DNA of 64,000 nt from an uncultured Mailhella sp. (GCA_964369835.1 CAYJGE010000001.1:290-64289), one strand, 5' to 3'. Numbered from the stretch's first letter, positions 1 to 10,625 are shown. The notes: generated from the sequence alone by a model not told the origin. Translations and numbers: made by a program.

Positions 1-471
1 TTGCTTTGTTTAAAAAAACGCATAATATTTCTCAAGAATTTTATTTAATAGACTTTTCACAATATTCTAGGTTTGGTTCACAAGATAAACTATATGTAAC
101 AATATAAATATAAATTTATATATATTTATATAACATTATAACAAGAATATGCCTTTCATAGTTTACATTCCCCCTATAGTAACTGATAAATAGATATTGC
201 TCTTCATAAGCTTTACACGAATTATAAAATTATTTTTCACTTACCTGTTTTTACTTCTCATTCTACACTTAATATTCCATGATTTCCACATAGTCCGCAT
301 TGAAAAACATGATGACAAATTGTTATTAAAGCAAATTTAATATGCTTTAAAATTTACAAGAAATAAACATAATCCGTACATTTTTTGTAAATTTTACCAA
401 AACAATGAGTTTTCAAACTGTATAAACGGATTAAGTAAAGTATGACAGTCATAATTCAAAGGAGAGTAACC

Positions 472-1923
472 ATGTCCGGTATGAAGAAAATGACTGTGTT
501 TACCATGAGCATGATGACTGTTGCGGCAGTTGTCAGCTTGCGTGGCTTGCCAATGATGGCAAAAGAAGGACTATCCATGGTCTTTTATATCCTTTTTGCA
601 TCATTTTTTTTCCTATTGCCTGCCTCCTTGGTTTCAGCAGAACTTGGCAGCGCTTTCAGCAATAAAAAAGGAGGGGTATATACATGGGTAAAAGAAGCCT
701 ATGGCAACAAATGGGGTTTTACTGCCATTTGGTTGCAATGGATTCAAAATGTTGTTTGGTATCCGACAGTATTGGCCTTTGCGGCGGCGTCCATTGCCTA
801 TGTGATCGGAAAGCCAAATTTAGCAAGTAGCGGTGCCTACACAGGCTCTGTCATTTTGATTATTTATTGGGGGGCTACAATATTAACGTTGGCCGGTTCA
901 GGTATTGCAAACTCTATAACCAAATATGGTGTTATTTTAGGTACATTATTACCCGGAATTTTCATCATTGTACTTGGATTTTTATGGATTGACCAAGGAA
1001 ATCCCATTGCATTTTTACAAGAAACAAATTCCACAAGTGAGGGTTGGCACAGCAGAATATTTCCACATATTACAGGTCTTGGCAGTATGGCCTTTTTAGG
1101 TGGGATTATTTTACTTTTTGCCGGAGTTGAGGTTCATGCCGTACATGCCTCTGAAATGGAAAAACCCTCTACCCAATTCCCCGAAGCCCTATTGACTGCC
1201 TCCTTGATTGTTTTGTTTTTGTTCTTTTTGGGATCAATGGCTGTGGCCTCTGTTTTGCCTGCCGATGAAATAAGTTTGACAGCAGGACTTATGCAGGCAT
1301 TTCAAAATTTACTTACAAAATTCAATATTGAATATTTAACACCTATCATTGCATTTTTATTGGCATTTGGTGCAATTGGCGGTATAATGTCTTGGATTAG
1401 CGGCCCAAGTGCCGGACTTTTGGAAACTGCAAACGAGGGAGAAATTCCGCCAAGTTTAGCCAAAATAAATCATAATGGTTCACCAATTACTATTTTGATT
1501 ATCCAAGGAATTATAGTTACCCTATTGGCATCGCTTTATTTTATTATGGATAATGTCAGCGTTGCGTTCTTTATCCTCTCTGCCATGACAATTACTTTGT
1601 ACTTGGTCATGTATATGATGATGTATGCTTCAGCCATTAAATTACGTTATACAAAACCCGATTTACCAAGAGTTTATAAGGTGCCGGGTGGAAATTTTGG
1701 CATGATTTTTATTGCAGGAATTGGCATGCTTGGCGTTGCCTTTTCACTCATTGTCAGCTTTTTCCCGCCAAGTCAGCTTCCTGTGGGTAATCCTGCTCTA
1801 TATGTGGGGCTTGTTGCCGCCGGACTTATTGTCTTTATCGGTATTCCTCTTATCATTCAAGCCAATAAAAAGCCTGAATGGAAAAAGAATACTGAAAACA
1901 TTGTAGAAAACATGGAAAAATAA
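472..1923 (+). CDS. gadC: APC-family amino-acid permease, glutamate:GABA antiporter-like
   Basis: From ORF 442..1923. It is a polytopic membrane protein of APC-permease character, directly upstream of glutamate decarboxylase. The start is moved to ATG 472, which has GGAGAG 5 nt upstream. Confidence 0.75.
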   Translation: MSGMKKMTVFTMSMMTVAAVVSLRGLPMMAKEGLSMVFYILFASFFFLLPASLVSAELGSAFSNKKGGVYTWVKEAYGNKWGFTAIWLQWIQNVVWYPTVLAFAAASIAYVIGKPNLASSGAYTGSVILIIYWGATILTLAGSGIANSITKYGVILGTLLPGIFIIVLGFLWIDQGNPIAFLQETNSTSEGWHSRIFPHITGLGSMAFLGGIILLFAGVEVHAVHASEMEKPSTQFPEALLTASLIVLFLFFLGSMAVASVLPADEISLTAGLMQAFQNLLTKFNIEYLTPIIAFLLAFGAIGGIMSWISGPSAGLLETANEGEIPPSLAKINHNGSPITILIIQGIIVTLLASLYFIMDNVSVAFFILSAMTITLYLVMYMMMYASAIKLRYTKPDLPRVYKVPGGNFGMIFIAGIGMLGVAFSLIVSFFPPSQLPVGNPALYVGLVAAGLIVFIGIPLIIQANKKPEWKKNTENIVENMEK

Positions 1924-1960
1924 TTCATTTTACAACAATTTAGCTAAAAAGGGAGATTAT

Positions 1961-3361
1961 ATGAGTTCAGATTATAAAGATGATGTTTTTGCTTGCCTTG
2001 ATTTAGCCAACACCATGCCAAAACATGAAATTCCAAATGAAGAAAAAGCTCCGAGAGCCGTATATCAAGCCATTCATGACGAACTTATGCTTGATGGAAA
2101 TTCCAGACAAAATCTGGCAACATTTTGTCAAACTTGGCTGGATCCTGAAATTCATCAATTAATGGACGAATGCCTTGATAAAAATATGATTGACAAAGAC
2201 GAATACCCTCAAACTGCTGAAATTGAAAATCGCTGTGTGCAAATTTTGGCGGATTTATGGAATGCACCAAACCCAACAACAACCATGGGTTGTTCAACAA
2301 CAGGTTCAAGTGAAGCTGCCATGCTCGGAGGTTTGACATTAAAATGGCATTGGAGAAATAAACGCAAAGAAGCAGGAAAAAGTTATGACAAGCCAAACTT
2401 GGTTACAGGACCTGTCCAAATTTGCTGGCATAAATTTTGTAAATATTGGGACGTGGAACTTAGAGTAATCCCCATGGAGGGAGATCATCTAATTATGCAT
2501 CCCGATAATGTTTCACAATATGTTGAAACATATTGTGATGAAAATACAATAGGTTTTGTTTCAACCCTGGGTGTAACCTATACAGGACAATATGAACCTG
2601 TACAGGCATTAAGTGATGCTCTTGATGAATTTGAAAAAAAGACAGGTCTTGATATTCCAATTCATGTTGACGGCGCAAGTGGTGCTTTCTTGGCTCCTTT
2701 CATCGACCCTGATCTTCTATGGGATTTTAAAATTAAAAGAGTAAAATCAATCAATGCTTCAGGGCATAAATTTGGACTTGCTCCCCTTGGTGTTGGCTGG
2801 ATAGTTTGGAGAGAAGCTTCTGATTTGCCTGAAGATCTAATTTTTAATGTAAATTATTTGGGAAGTAATGTTCCAACATTTGCCCTCAATTTTTCTCGCC
2901 CCGGCGGACAAATTGTGGCGCAATATTATAACCTGCTTCGTCTTGGCAGAGAAGGCTATCATAAAGTTCATCAATTTTGCTATGATACAGCCCTCTATCT
3001 GTCATCTGAAATGGAAAAATTAAATATATTTAAAATTTTATACGATGGTAAAGGTGGTATTCCTTGCGTCACTTGGACATTCAAAGACCCCGAAAAAATA
3101 AAATTTTCCCTATATGACTTGTCAGACAGACTTAAAACACGAGGCTGGCAAGTTCCGGCTTACTCCATGCCAAAAAACAGAGAAGATTTGGTTGTAATGC
3201 GTGCCTTGGTCAGACATGGATTTAGTAAAGAATTGGCTAAATTGTTTATTGATGATTTGAAGCGTTGTATAAATTATTTGGTTAAAAATCCACCTGCAAA
3301 ACAAATGGGAGAAGAAGACACCTCTTGCTTCTGCCATGTTTCTGTTCCCAAGGATATATAA
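1961..3361 (+). CDS. gadB: Glutamate decarboxylase (PLP-dependent)
   Basis: 466 aa. The PLP-lysine motif [18 protein letters not shown] closely matches the enterobacterial GadA/B signature. GGGAG lies upstream of the ATG. Confidence 0.9.
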   Translation: MSSDYKDDVFACLDLANTMPKHEIPNEEKAPRAVYQAIHDELMLDGNSRQNLATFCQTWLDPEIHQLMDECLDKNMIDKDEYPQTAEIENRCVQILADLWNAPNPTTTMGCSTTGSSEAAMLGGLTLKWHWRNKRKEAGKSYDKPNLVTGPVQICWHKFCKYWDVELRVIPMEGDHLIMHPDNVSQYVETYCDENTIGFVSTLGVTYTGQYEPVQALSDALDEFEKKTGLDIPIHVDGASGAFLAPFIDPDLLWDFKIKRVKSINASGHKFGLAPLGVGWIVWREASDLPEDLIFNVNYLGSNVPTFALNFSRPGGQIVAQYYNLLRLGREGYHKVHQFCYDTALYLSSEMEKLNIFKILYDGKGGIPCVTWTFKDPEKIKFSLYDLSDRLKTRGWQVPAYSMPKNREDLVVMRALVRHGFSKELAKLFIDDLKRCINYLVKNPPAKQMGEEDTSCFCHVSVPKDI

Positions 3362-3532
3362 AAGGACAAATATAGACTGTGCAATGACAACCAATTTGAT
3401 TTACTTTCGTTAAACGACAATTTTAATAACTGCCTTTTAATTTATTATTTTCGTTAAACGATAATTTTAAACTTGTGGTATATCAAGAAAAAAACTACAA
3501 GACTGTTCCCTTTAACCGACACCCCTAAAAAT

Positions 3533-3560
3533 AAAAAAAGCCCCTTTCGGGGCTTTTTTT
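3533..3560. terminator. Bidirectional intrinsic terminator between convergent gadB and dsrP
   Basis: aaaaaaagCCCCtttcGGGGcttttttt: a GC stem flanked by an A-run and a T-run, so it can act in both orientations. Confidence 0.8.
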
Positions 3561-3576
3561 ATTCTATCTGATTTTA

Positions 3577-4761
3577 TCAGAAGTCTTTTGGTAAATCAAA
3601 AGTTCCTGCATCTTTTTTCACTTCAAGGGCAATTTTCCATAGAATTGAAGTGACCAAGGCACCGACTGCAAAAATACCTAGCGAGATTGTAAGTTCAGGT
3701 ATGGTCGGTGTATAAATTGTATAGGTTTTAAATGCTGTTGGGCTAAAACCACCGATTAAAAGTCCAAGACCTTTATCAATCCATGTTGCCATCACAAGCA
3801 TGATTAATGTATAAGGCAAGATTTTATCATTGGTTCTGAGTTTTGGCACCACCAATAAAATCATGGAGGTTATGCCTAAAACAGCCGCTGTCCACATCCA
3901 AGGACCTATCCAAGCCCCCTCTTCCGTACCCACAAAACCAAAAATATATCTAAGTGGTAATTGGTGGGAGTAAACTCCGCTGTAGAAAGCCGTAAACACT
4001 TCCAACATAAAGAAGAAAATGTTAAAGACCATGGCATAGGTAATGATAATGGTCAAGGTTCTGACAACGGTTTTACCACAATCAAAGTTTGCAACTTTTT
4101 TCAAGATCAAGATAAGCAATAACAAAATAGCCGGACCTGAACAAAAAGCAGAAACAAGGAAGCGAGCTGCCAAGATGGCGGTAAACCATAAATAACGCCC
4201 TGGAATACCTGCATAAAGAAAAGCTGTTACTGTGTGAATTGAAAATGCCCAAACAATGGATAAATAAATTAAATATTTAATCCATTTTGGTGGAGGCATA
4301 TTCACTTTTTCGGCTTCTAAGGTTACCCAACCGATAATTGCGTTTAAAACCAAGTAAACACATAAAACAGTTGCGTCCCAAAAGAGAATTGATGTTGGAG
4401 TTGCGTATAAAAATACATTAAACACCCTTTGAGGTTGCCCCATGTCTGCCACGATAAAAAGCATACACATGGTCACAGCCCCAATGGCCAAAAATTCACC
4501 AAAAATAATTACACGTTTAAACTTTTTATAATTATGAAAATAAGCAGGCAAAACAAGCATAACGGCAGAGGCAGCCACACCAACCAAGTAGGTAAACTGG
4601 GCAATGTAAAAACCCCATGAATTATCTCTGTTTAACCCTGTAATACTAAGACCGTCCATAAGCTGAAAGATGTATACACTTACTCCGACAGCTATAAGTC
4701 CACATAAGAATGTCAGCCACAAATAATATTTGGGCGATCCTTTGAGCACTTTCTCAAGCAT
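3577..4761 (-). CDS. dsrP: DsrP, NrfD/PsrC-like integral membrane quinone-interacting subunit
   Basis: 394 aa multi-TM protein, the last gene of a dsrM-K-J-O-P ordered cluster. Confidence 0.8.
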   Translation of the reverse strand: MLEKVLKGSPKYYLWLTFLCGLIAVGVSVYIFQLMDGLSITGLNRDNSWGFYIAQFTYLVGVAASAVMLVLPAYFHNYKKFKRVIIFGEFLAIGAVTMCMLFIVADMGQPQRVFNVFLYATPTSILFWDATVLCVYLVLNAIIGWVTLEAEKVNMPPPKWIKYLIYLSIVWAFSIHTVTAFLYAGIPGRYLWFTAILAARFLVSAFCSGPAILLLLILILKKVANFDCGKTVVRTLTIIITYAMVFNIFFFMLEVFTAFYSGVYSHQLPLRYIFGFVGTEEGAWIGPWMWTAAVLGITSMILLVVPKLRTNDKILPYTLIMLVMATWIDKGLGLLIGGFSPTAFKTYTIYTPTIPELTISLGIFAVGALVTSILWKIALEVKKDAGTFDLPKDF

Positions 4762-4770
4762 AACGCCCTC

Positions 4771-5577
4771 CTAAATAATATAGTAAACGGCAGGGTCAGT
4801 CCCATAGCCGGGTTTACGTCTAATAGTGAAGTTTTCAGCCAAAGCTTTGCGAACATCTGAATTTGGATCTGTAATATCACCAAATAAAATACCGCCGTTT
4901 GACATTTCCACGCAAATTGGCAATTGTCCAAGTTCAAGTCTTTCTTGACAGAAAGTACATTTTTCTACAACTCCGCGCATTCTTGTGGGATACTTCATAT
5001 TATATTCATCGCTCTTCATAAATCTTCTGGGGTCATAGTAGTTAAAAGAACGTGAACCATAGGGGCAACCTGCCATACAAAAACGACAACCGACACAACG
5101 GTGATAATCAATGGCAACAGGACCTTGATCTGTTTGATAAGTTGCTTTTACAGGGCAAACCCTAACGCAAGAGGGGTTTTGACATTGGTTGCATAGGAGG
5201 AAGTAGGGACGATTTTTAACTTCTTCGGGAATAAGAGGTGAACTGTCGTCTGTAAAACTATGCTTGTAAGTATCATGCCAAATCCATTTTATATCTTTTT
5301 TGGTATCAATTCCTTCACCTTGTACAGTCGGCACATTGTGATAGGCATGACAAGCATCAATAATTGGTTGCATGTCAAGCTCGCTTTCAAATTTACGAGT
5401 ATCAATAACCATGGCAAAACGCTTGCCTTTGATAGCGTCCGGGTCGGTCATATAGGAACCGTCGCCCGCCGGTTTATCTTGTGAAACAGCTCTTGCTAAA
5501 CTGGCTCCGATACCTGCAGTCAGAGCAAAGGTAGAAAGACCTGCAACTTTTAGAAAATAACGTCTATTTTCATTCAT
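4771..5577 (-). CDS. dsrO: DsrO, periplasmic (Tat) 4Fe-4S ferredoxin-like subunit
   Basis: Twin-arginine signal NRRYFLKVAGL...ARA. Cys clusters CNQCQNPSCVRVCP, CVGCRFCMAGCP and CTFCQ. Confidence 0.85.
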   Translation of the reverse strand: MNENRRYFLKVAGLSTFALTAGIGASLARAVSQDKPAGDGSYMTDPDAIKGKRFAMVIDTRKFESELDMQPIIDACHAYHNVPTVQGEGIDTKKDIKWIWHDTYKHSFTDDSSPLIPEEVKNRPYFLLCNQCQNPSCVRVCPVKATYQTDQGPVAIDYHRCVGCRFCMAGCPYGSRSFNYYDPRRFMKSDEYNMKYPTRMRGVVEKCTFCQERLELGQLPICVEMSNGGILFGDITDPNSDVRKALAENFTIRRKPGYGTDPAVYYII

Positions 5578-5968
5578 TGCTAACCCCCTTGGGTTCTATG
5601 TGACAATCCCAGCAATATGGTTCTACTGCATTTTCTACGTGACAAGTCAAACAAAAATTTTCATAATTGGCATGACATGTCATACAAGTATTTTGCAAGC
5701 TGGCTTCATATTCTTTACCTGTGCTTGAAACATAGATTCTTTTTTCGTCACGAAGGGCAGCATCTCGCCATTCATTCAATAAATCCATGTGATTGGCACG
5801 CATCCATTCAGCAGGTTCTACACATTCAATTTTCTTGCCTGTTTCATCTACAGGCAAGGCAAGTTTAGGATAATTATATTTGGGAGTGCCAAAATTTAAC
5901 CAAAATGGAGAGGTAATAAGCAACACAAAGATAATGATCCCAGGAATAATATATTTTGCATTATACAT
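5570..5968 (-). CDS. dsrJ: DsrJ, membrane-anchored triheme cytochrome c
   Basis: 132 aa with an N-terminal TM anchor and three CXXCH motifs (CMTCH, CLTCH, CWDCH). It overlaps both neighbours (coupled). Confidence 0.85.
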   Translation of the reverse strand: MYNAKYIIPGIIIFVLLITSPFWLNFGTPKYNYPKLALPVDETGKKIECVEPAEWMRANHMDLLNEWRDAALRDEKRIYVSSTGKEYEASLQNTCMTCHANYENFCLTCHVENAVEPYCWDCHIEPKGVSNE

Positions 5969-7640
5969 TGTCCCCTCCGTTTTCTACATTTTCAGCAGCA
6001 TCATCTGCTTCATCTTCAATTTCTTCAGGTTCAGGATCGGGATATTCCAAGTCTTCTTGGCGTAAGTCCATGGTTCTTGGAATTTCACCTTTCATGACCA
6101 AGGCATTACCCACAAGCTCATGAAGTCCGCTAACATCAACACCGGGAACCCAATAATCCATAAGTGGTGGCAAAATAGCTCTGTCAAGGGCACACATACA
6201 AGCAATACGGTTAACATTATTATGGTCGGCAACCCAACGAGCAGCATTGGCTCTTGGCAATCCGCCTCTCATTCTGAGTTCCATAACTTCTTCAGAGTTT
6301 AAGCCTGAGCCTGAACCGCAGCAGAAAGTTTCTTCCCTAATGGTATGTTCAGGCATTTCAAAGAAATTATTGCAAACAGCCTTTAAAACTGCCCTTGGTT
6401 CATCAAAACAACCCATGCCCCTTGAGGGGTTACAAGAATCATGCCAAGTGGTTATTAAATGGTCATTTCTTTCAGGTCTTAGGTTTAGTTTATCATGTTT
6501 GATAAGGTCAGCGGTAAATTCGGCAATGTGTACCATTTTGGTTGCTGCCGCATTTTCAAAAACTGTGCCTGTGATAGGTGAAACAGGGGTTGTCATGCAA
6601 GATGGAGTAGGCCCGTTATATGTTGCCATATATTGGTTTACAACTCTCCACATGTGTCCGCACTCACCACCCAAAATCCATTTGGATCCAAGACGTTCGG
6701 CTTCATGATACATTTTGGCATTTAATTTCTTTGCCATATCAAAGGAAACAAAGGAACCAAAGTTACCACCCTCGGAAGCATAGGTTGAAAGGGTATAATC
6801 CAATCCTATTTCATGGAAAAGCATTAAATAACCCATGAAGGTATAAATGCCGGGGTCGGCAAAGATATCACCTGAGGGAGTAATAAATAATACTTCATGT
6901 CCTTTTTCGTTGAAGGGAGGATCTATGCGAATACCGGTAACTTCTTCAATGTCATCGCATAAAAATTCCACAATTTCTTTAAAAGCATGGGGCTGAATAC
7001 CAAGGTGGTTTCCTGTGCGGTTACAGTTGGAAACAGGTTCCATAACCCAGTTAATTCCAAGTCCGAGTTCGTATAAAAGCTCACGCACTATGGCTGTAAT
7101 TTCAGCTGTATCAATACCGTAAGGACAGAAAAGAGAACAACGTCTGCACTCTGTACATTGATAGGCATAGGAAAATAGTTCCTTGATAACTTCCTTATCA
7201 ACACTTCTTGCCCCTGCATATTTACCAAGAAGTTTACCTGCCACAGTAAAATCTTTACGATAAATTGAACGCAAAAGTTCTGCTCTCAGAACAGGCATAT
7301 TTTTAGGATCATTGGTTCCGAGGAAAAAGTGACACTTATCGGCACAAGCACCACAGCGAACACATGTATCCATAAATACTTTTAAAGAACGGTGCTTTTC
7401 AAGGCGTTCTTTAAGTCCATTATAAATAATTTCTTCCCAATTTTCAGGTAAGTTCCAATCCTCATCTTCAGGTGCCCAAGTATGGGGGTTTGGCATACCT
7501 AGGGCTGCCAAAGTATCTGCTTTTGCAGGATAGGGATAAGTACCCGGTGTAAATTCAGGCTTGATTTCCATCCAGCCCTTATCGGGAAAGCATTTTGGCG
7601 TAGCTGCCAAAAGCTGATCAGAGGTAGGCATTTTTGCCAT
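5961..7640 (-). CDS. dsrK: DsrK, HdrD-like iron-sulfur catalytic subunit
   Basis: Ferredoxin motifs CVRCGACADKC and CTECRRCSLFCP, plus a C-terminal CCG-type motif (FCCGSGSG). Confidence 0.85.
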   Translation of the reverse strand: MAKMPTSDQLLAATPKCFPDKGWMEIKPEFTPGTYPYPAKADTLAALGMPNPHTWAPEDEDWNLPENWEEIIYNGLKERLEKHRSLKVFMDTCVRCGACADKCHFFLGTNDPKNMPVLRAELLRSIYRKDFTVAGKLLGKYAGARSVDKEVIKELFSYAYQCTECRRCSLFCPYGIDTAEITAIVRELLYELGLGINWVMEPVSNCNRTGNHLGIQPHAFKEIVEFLCDDIEEVTGIRIDPPFNEKGHEVLFITPSGDIFADPGIYTFMGYLMLFHEIGLDYTLSTYASEGGNFGSFVSFDMAKKLNAKMYHEAERLGSKWILGGECGHMWRVVNQYMATYNGPTPSCMTTPVSPITGTVFENAAATKMVHIAEFTADLIKHDKLNLRPERNDHLITTWHDSCNPSRGMGCFDEPRAVLKAVCNNFFEMPEHTIREETFCCGSGSGLNSEEVMELRMRGGLPRANAARWVADHNNVNRIACMCALDRAILPPLMDYWVPGVDVSGLHELVGNALVMKGEIPRTMDLRQEDLEYPDPEPEEIEDEADDAAENVENGGDNV

Positions 7641-7652
7641 ATCCGTACTCCT

Positions 7653-8690
7653 TTAGGCTGTTTCTGTTTTGCCGTCGGTTGTGTTTTCAGATGATTTGTC
7701 AACAGGTAATCCCGCTTCTTCCATAAGTTCGCGAAAATCGTCTTCATACGCAGCGTAGGTATGGAATTTCTTTGGAGGATTCCAAGGGTTTACATGACGA
7801 ACCTGACGGGTATTTACTTTCATGTTACGAGTTGGTGATAAAAATACTCCGCCCATATGCATAAGTTTTGAATATGGGAAATAAATCAATAAAGCACTGA
7901 CAAATGTTATATGAATGTAGAATATTGCTCCGATTTGACGCATTTGTTCAAAGGTCGGAAAATCAAAGGTTACTGCTCCCATGAGCACAACTTTCACAGT
8001 GGCAATATCAACCTTATCCATATAACGCATGCACATACCTGATAAAACTATTGCCAAAAGTAAGAATAGGGCAAAATAGTCGGCAGGTAATGAAATGTAC
8101 TTTAAATTTTCTGCCATTACTCTTCTAAGCAAAAGGAAAAGTAAGGCACCAACGATAAGAGCATTTGTTAAAAAGAAACGTGGTACGCCAATTTGGAAAA
8201 TTCCGTCGGCAAACTCAAGAATGTTAATCACAAGCGGCACAGGTTCAAAAAAGAAACGTGCGTGTCGAATGATGATCATTAACATACTATAATGGAAGAT
8301 TAAGGCAAATAACCATAACCATTTTGATGAATAATATGTTATTCTCGGTGTTCCGTCTATTTCTGTTCTTACTGCTCTTGTATTACGAAATAGGGATCTA
8401 AATGTGAATATTTCCAAAAACATACGCCCTAATAGACCCATGGTAGTCGTAGGTGAATCCAAACGGGCGGGTTTAATCCAATCAAGTGATTTTTCTTGTC
8501 CGCCTGTTGTGGGAATGGCAAAAGGAACCGGAGATTTCGCCCAGTTAACTATTCGCCATACGAAGCCAATTAGAAAGATTAAAAATGCAATACAGGGTAA
8601 GATTACACCCAATAAATATTGCAAACCTATCAAGGCTCCGATCCAACCGATGACAAAGATGACCACGATTGCTGCCAACGCTATCGCCAT
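7653..8690 (-). CDS. dsrM: DsrM, NarI-like dihaem b membrane subunit
   Basis: From ORF 7653..8786. I favour ATG 8690 (MAIALAAIV...). GAGGGG lies 7 nt upstream of it, and the upstream ORF's TAA (8695-8697) lies 4 nt before it. This gives 345 aa. Confidence 0.75.
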   Translation of the reverse strand: MAIALAAIVVIFVIGWIGALIGLQYLLGVILPCIAFLIFLIGFVWRIVNWAKSPVPFAIPTTGGQEKSLDWIKPARLDSPTTTMGLLGRMFLEIFTFRSLFRNTRAVRTEIDGTPRITYYSSKWLWLFALIFHYSMLMIIIRHARFFFEPVPLVINILEFADGIFQIGVPRFFLTNALIVGALLFLLLRRVMAENLKYISLPADYFALFLLLAIVLSGMCMRYMDKVDIATVKVVLMGAVTFDFPTFEQMRQIGAIFYIHITFVSALLIYFPYSKLMHMGGVFLSPTRNMKVNTRQVRHVNPWNPPKKFHTYAAYEDDFRELMEEAGLPVDKSSENTTDGKTETA

Positions 8691-8694
8691 TGCT

Positions 8695-9255
8695 TTACCC
8701 CTCAGTTTTGTGGTTTGTGTTTTGCTTTTTTTCATGCAATTTCGCCCAGCGAACCACCTGGGATTGATTGCGATGAATTTCCTCAACTCTCAAATTGAAA
8801 ATTTTCTCCTTTTGATGGGCATATAAATCAAGTGCCATCAAAAAAAGGCTGTCAATACGAGCTTCCGCTATAAAATACTCATCAAAAACATTTTTTATAT
8901 TTTTTGATTCATTATTTTCTTTTAAACAGAAAGATACAATTTCTTCCTTAAATAATTTCTTTAGTTGAACAAGTGGCCCAACTGCCTCTGTTGGACTCAT
9001 TTTTTGAATTGATCTTAGTTGAATCAACTCTTTTAAAGCATTTTGCACATCCAAAGGCTCCACATCATCACCGACAACAGCTTCAAAAAGAATTTTCAAA
9101 CTTGAACTTGTAATAATTCCTATGGGATTGGTAAATTTATCACTACTTGCCCGAACAAGACCGGCACTGCCAAGCTCATAGGCCTTATAATATAAATCTT
9201 TCCATTTGGATAACAAATTTTCTTTTTCTTCTTTTGCCTTTTCAAAAAATAACAT
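8695..9255 (-). CDS. Hypothetical cytoplasmic helical protein, translationally coupled to dsrM
   Basis: 186-aa ORF with no TM segments. Its stop lies 4 nt before the dsrM ATG, so it is the first gene of the dsr operon. I recognise no family. Confidence 0.5.
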   Translation of the reverse strand: MLFFEKAKEEKENLLSKWKDLYYKAYELGSAGLVRASSDKFTNPIGIITSSSLKILFEAVVGDDVEPLDVQNALKELIQLRSIQKMSPTEAVGPLVQLKKLFKEEIVSFCLKENNESKNIKNVFDEYFIAEARIDSLFLMALDLYAHQKEKIFNLRVEEIHRNQSQVVRWAKLHEKKQNTNHKTEG

Positions 9256-9501
9256 TTTGCTCTCTGCATTTTTTCAGAATAATAAAATAACAATCTAATA
9301 TAATGAAAAAAAATAATTAATTTAACCTATTTTACCAAACAGGCGTTTAATTATATACAGATGTGAATAAAATTTCAAGCAAATTATTTTGCCAAATTGT
9401 TTTTTTATTTAATGACATGCTAAAATCATGGACAAAGCTAAAACTTTATGTAATATTTCATATGAAAACAAAATAATTAACAAAATTTCGAGGTAACTAT
9501 T

Positions 9502-10452
9502 TTGAACGAAGAAATAAATACAGAAACGTCATTTCAGGAAGAATCAGCACAGGGCGAGTCATTTCTGGAAGAATCAGAACAGGAAGATTTATCATTGTAT
9601 GAGACAACACTGGAAGAGATGGAATTAGCAAAAGCAAAGTCGGAAGAAAGATATGAAACACTTGGAATTATTGCAGGGGGAGGACAATTTCCCAGACTAA
9701 TTGCCGAGGAAGCCAGAAAAAACGGGCAGAAAGTATTTATTTGCGGTTTTCATGACAATACCAATCCTGAACTGGCAGACTATTGTGATGACTTTACAAT
9801 ACTCCCACTTGGACAATTGGGTAAATTATTTAAATTTTTTAAAAATAATCATGTTCAGCACTTGTGCCTTGCAGGAACAATCAATAAACCAAAAGCCCTT
9901 AGCTTAAGACCTGATTTTAGAGCCACAAAATTACTTTTTTCCTTAAAAACCAAGGGCGATGATGTCTTGTTGAGGGCAATTTTAAAAGAATTGGAAACAG
10001 AAGGCTTTATTCCCCTATCTGCCGCCGATTTAATCCCCAGCTTAAGAACTCCGGTGGGAAATTTAACAGGAAAAAATATTCCTCAACAAATCAAAGATGA
10101 TATTGCCTTTGGAGTAACCATTTCCAAACAAATAGGTAAGTTTGACATAGGTCAATGTATTGTGGTCAGAAATGGAATTGTCATGGCAGTTGAAAGCCTT
10201 GAGGGAACAGACGCCGCCATAAAAAGAGGGGCAGAACTTGGCGGTTATAACTGCACAGCCATAAAAAGAAGTAAACCAAAACAAGATGTCAGAGTTGACT
10301 TACCCTGCATTGGATTGACAACAATTGAAACATTAATTGCCCATGATTATAGAGCAATTGCGGTTGAAGCCTATCATACCCTGTTTTTTGATAGGGAAAA
10401 AGCCATTAAATTAGCAAAAAAACATAATTTACATATTTTGGCGATTAATTAA
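9502..10452 (+). CDS. lpxI: LpxI-family (DUF1009) UDP-2,3-diacylglucosamine hydrolase-like protein with an acidic N-terminal extension
   Basis: The LGIIAGGGQFPRL... core is typical of LpxI/DUF1009. The ORF as given starts at TTG 9502. An alternative ATG at 9619 would remove the E/S/Q-rich 39-aa leader. Confidence 0.6.
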   Translation: MNEEINTETSFQEESAQGESFLEESEQEDLSLYETTLEEMELAKAKSEERYETLGIIAGGGQFPRLIAEEARKNGQKVFICGFHDNTNPELADYCDDFTILPLGQLGKLFKFFKNNHVQHLCLAGTINKPKALSLRPDFRATKLLFSLKTKGDDVLLRAILKELETEGFIPLSAADLIPSLRTPVGNLTGKNIPQQIKDDIAFGVTISKQIGKFDIGQCIVVRNGIVMAVESLEGTDAAIKRGAELGGYNCTAIKRSKPKQDVRVDLPCIGLTTIETLIAHDYRAIAVEAYHTLFFDREKAIKLAKKHNLHILAIN

Positions 10453-10469
10453 ATTCGTTAACCTACAAT

Positions 10470-10625
10470 CGTGGCAATCCACATAATATAATCAATACCT
10501 TATTCCACCTCACAAAGTGTAAGGAGGAAAAGTGACTATTTTTATTTACTTATATACTTTTACACTTTGTGTAAAAGTTAGCGGAGTTAACGGTGATGTG
10601 GATTGCCACGTCGCGATGACAGTGC
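10470..10625 (+). repeat. D-family long-hairpin repeat (GTGGCAATC...GATTGCCAC, ending ...GCGATGACAGTGC)
   Basis: Perfect 15-bp arms cgtggcaatccacat (10470-10484) and atgtggattgccacg (10596-10610). A nested 12-bp pair cacaaagtgtaa/ttacactttgtg lies inside. Related copies are at 38.0 kb and 56.1 kb. Confidence 0.8.

Noticed and set aside
1-441. AT-rich near-palindromic tract (atataaatataaatttatatatatttatat) upstream of gadC as a possible regulatory site or origin-like element.
   Set aside because: It is low-complexity AT sequence without repeated boxes (no DnaA-box-like 9-mers noticed). There is nothing specific to support a call.
9378-9395. Sigma54-like TTGGCAAAATAATTTGCT on the minus strand upstream of the dsr operon.
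   Set aside because: The GG-to-GC spacing is one nucleotide too long relative to the canonical -24/-12 arrangement.
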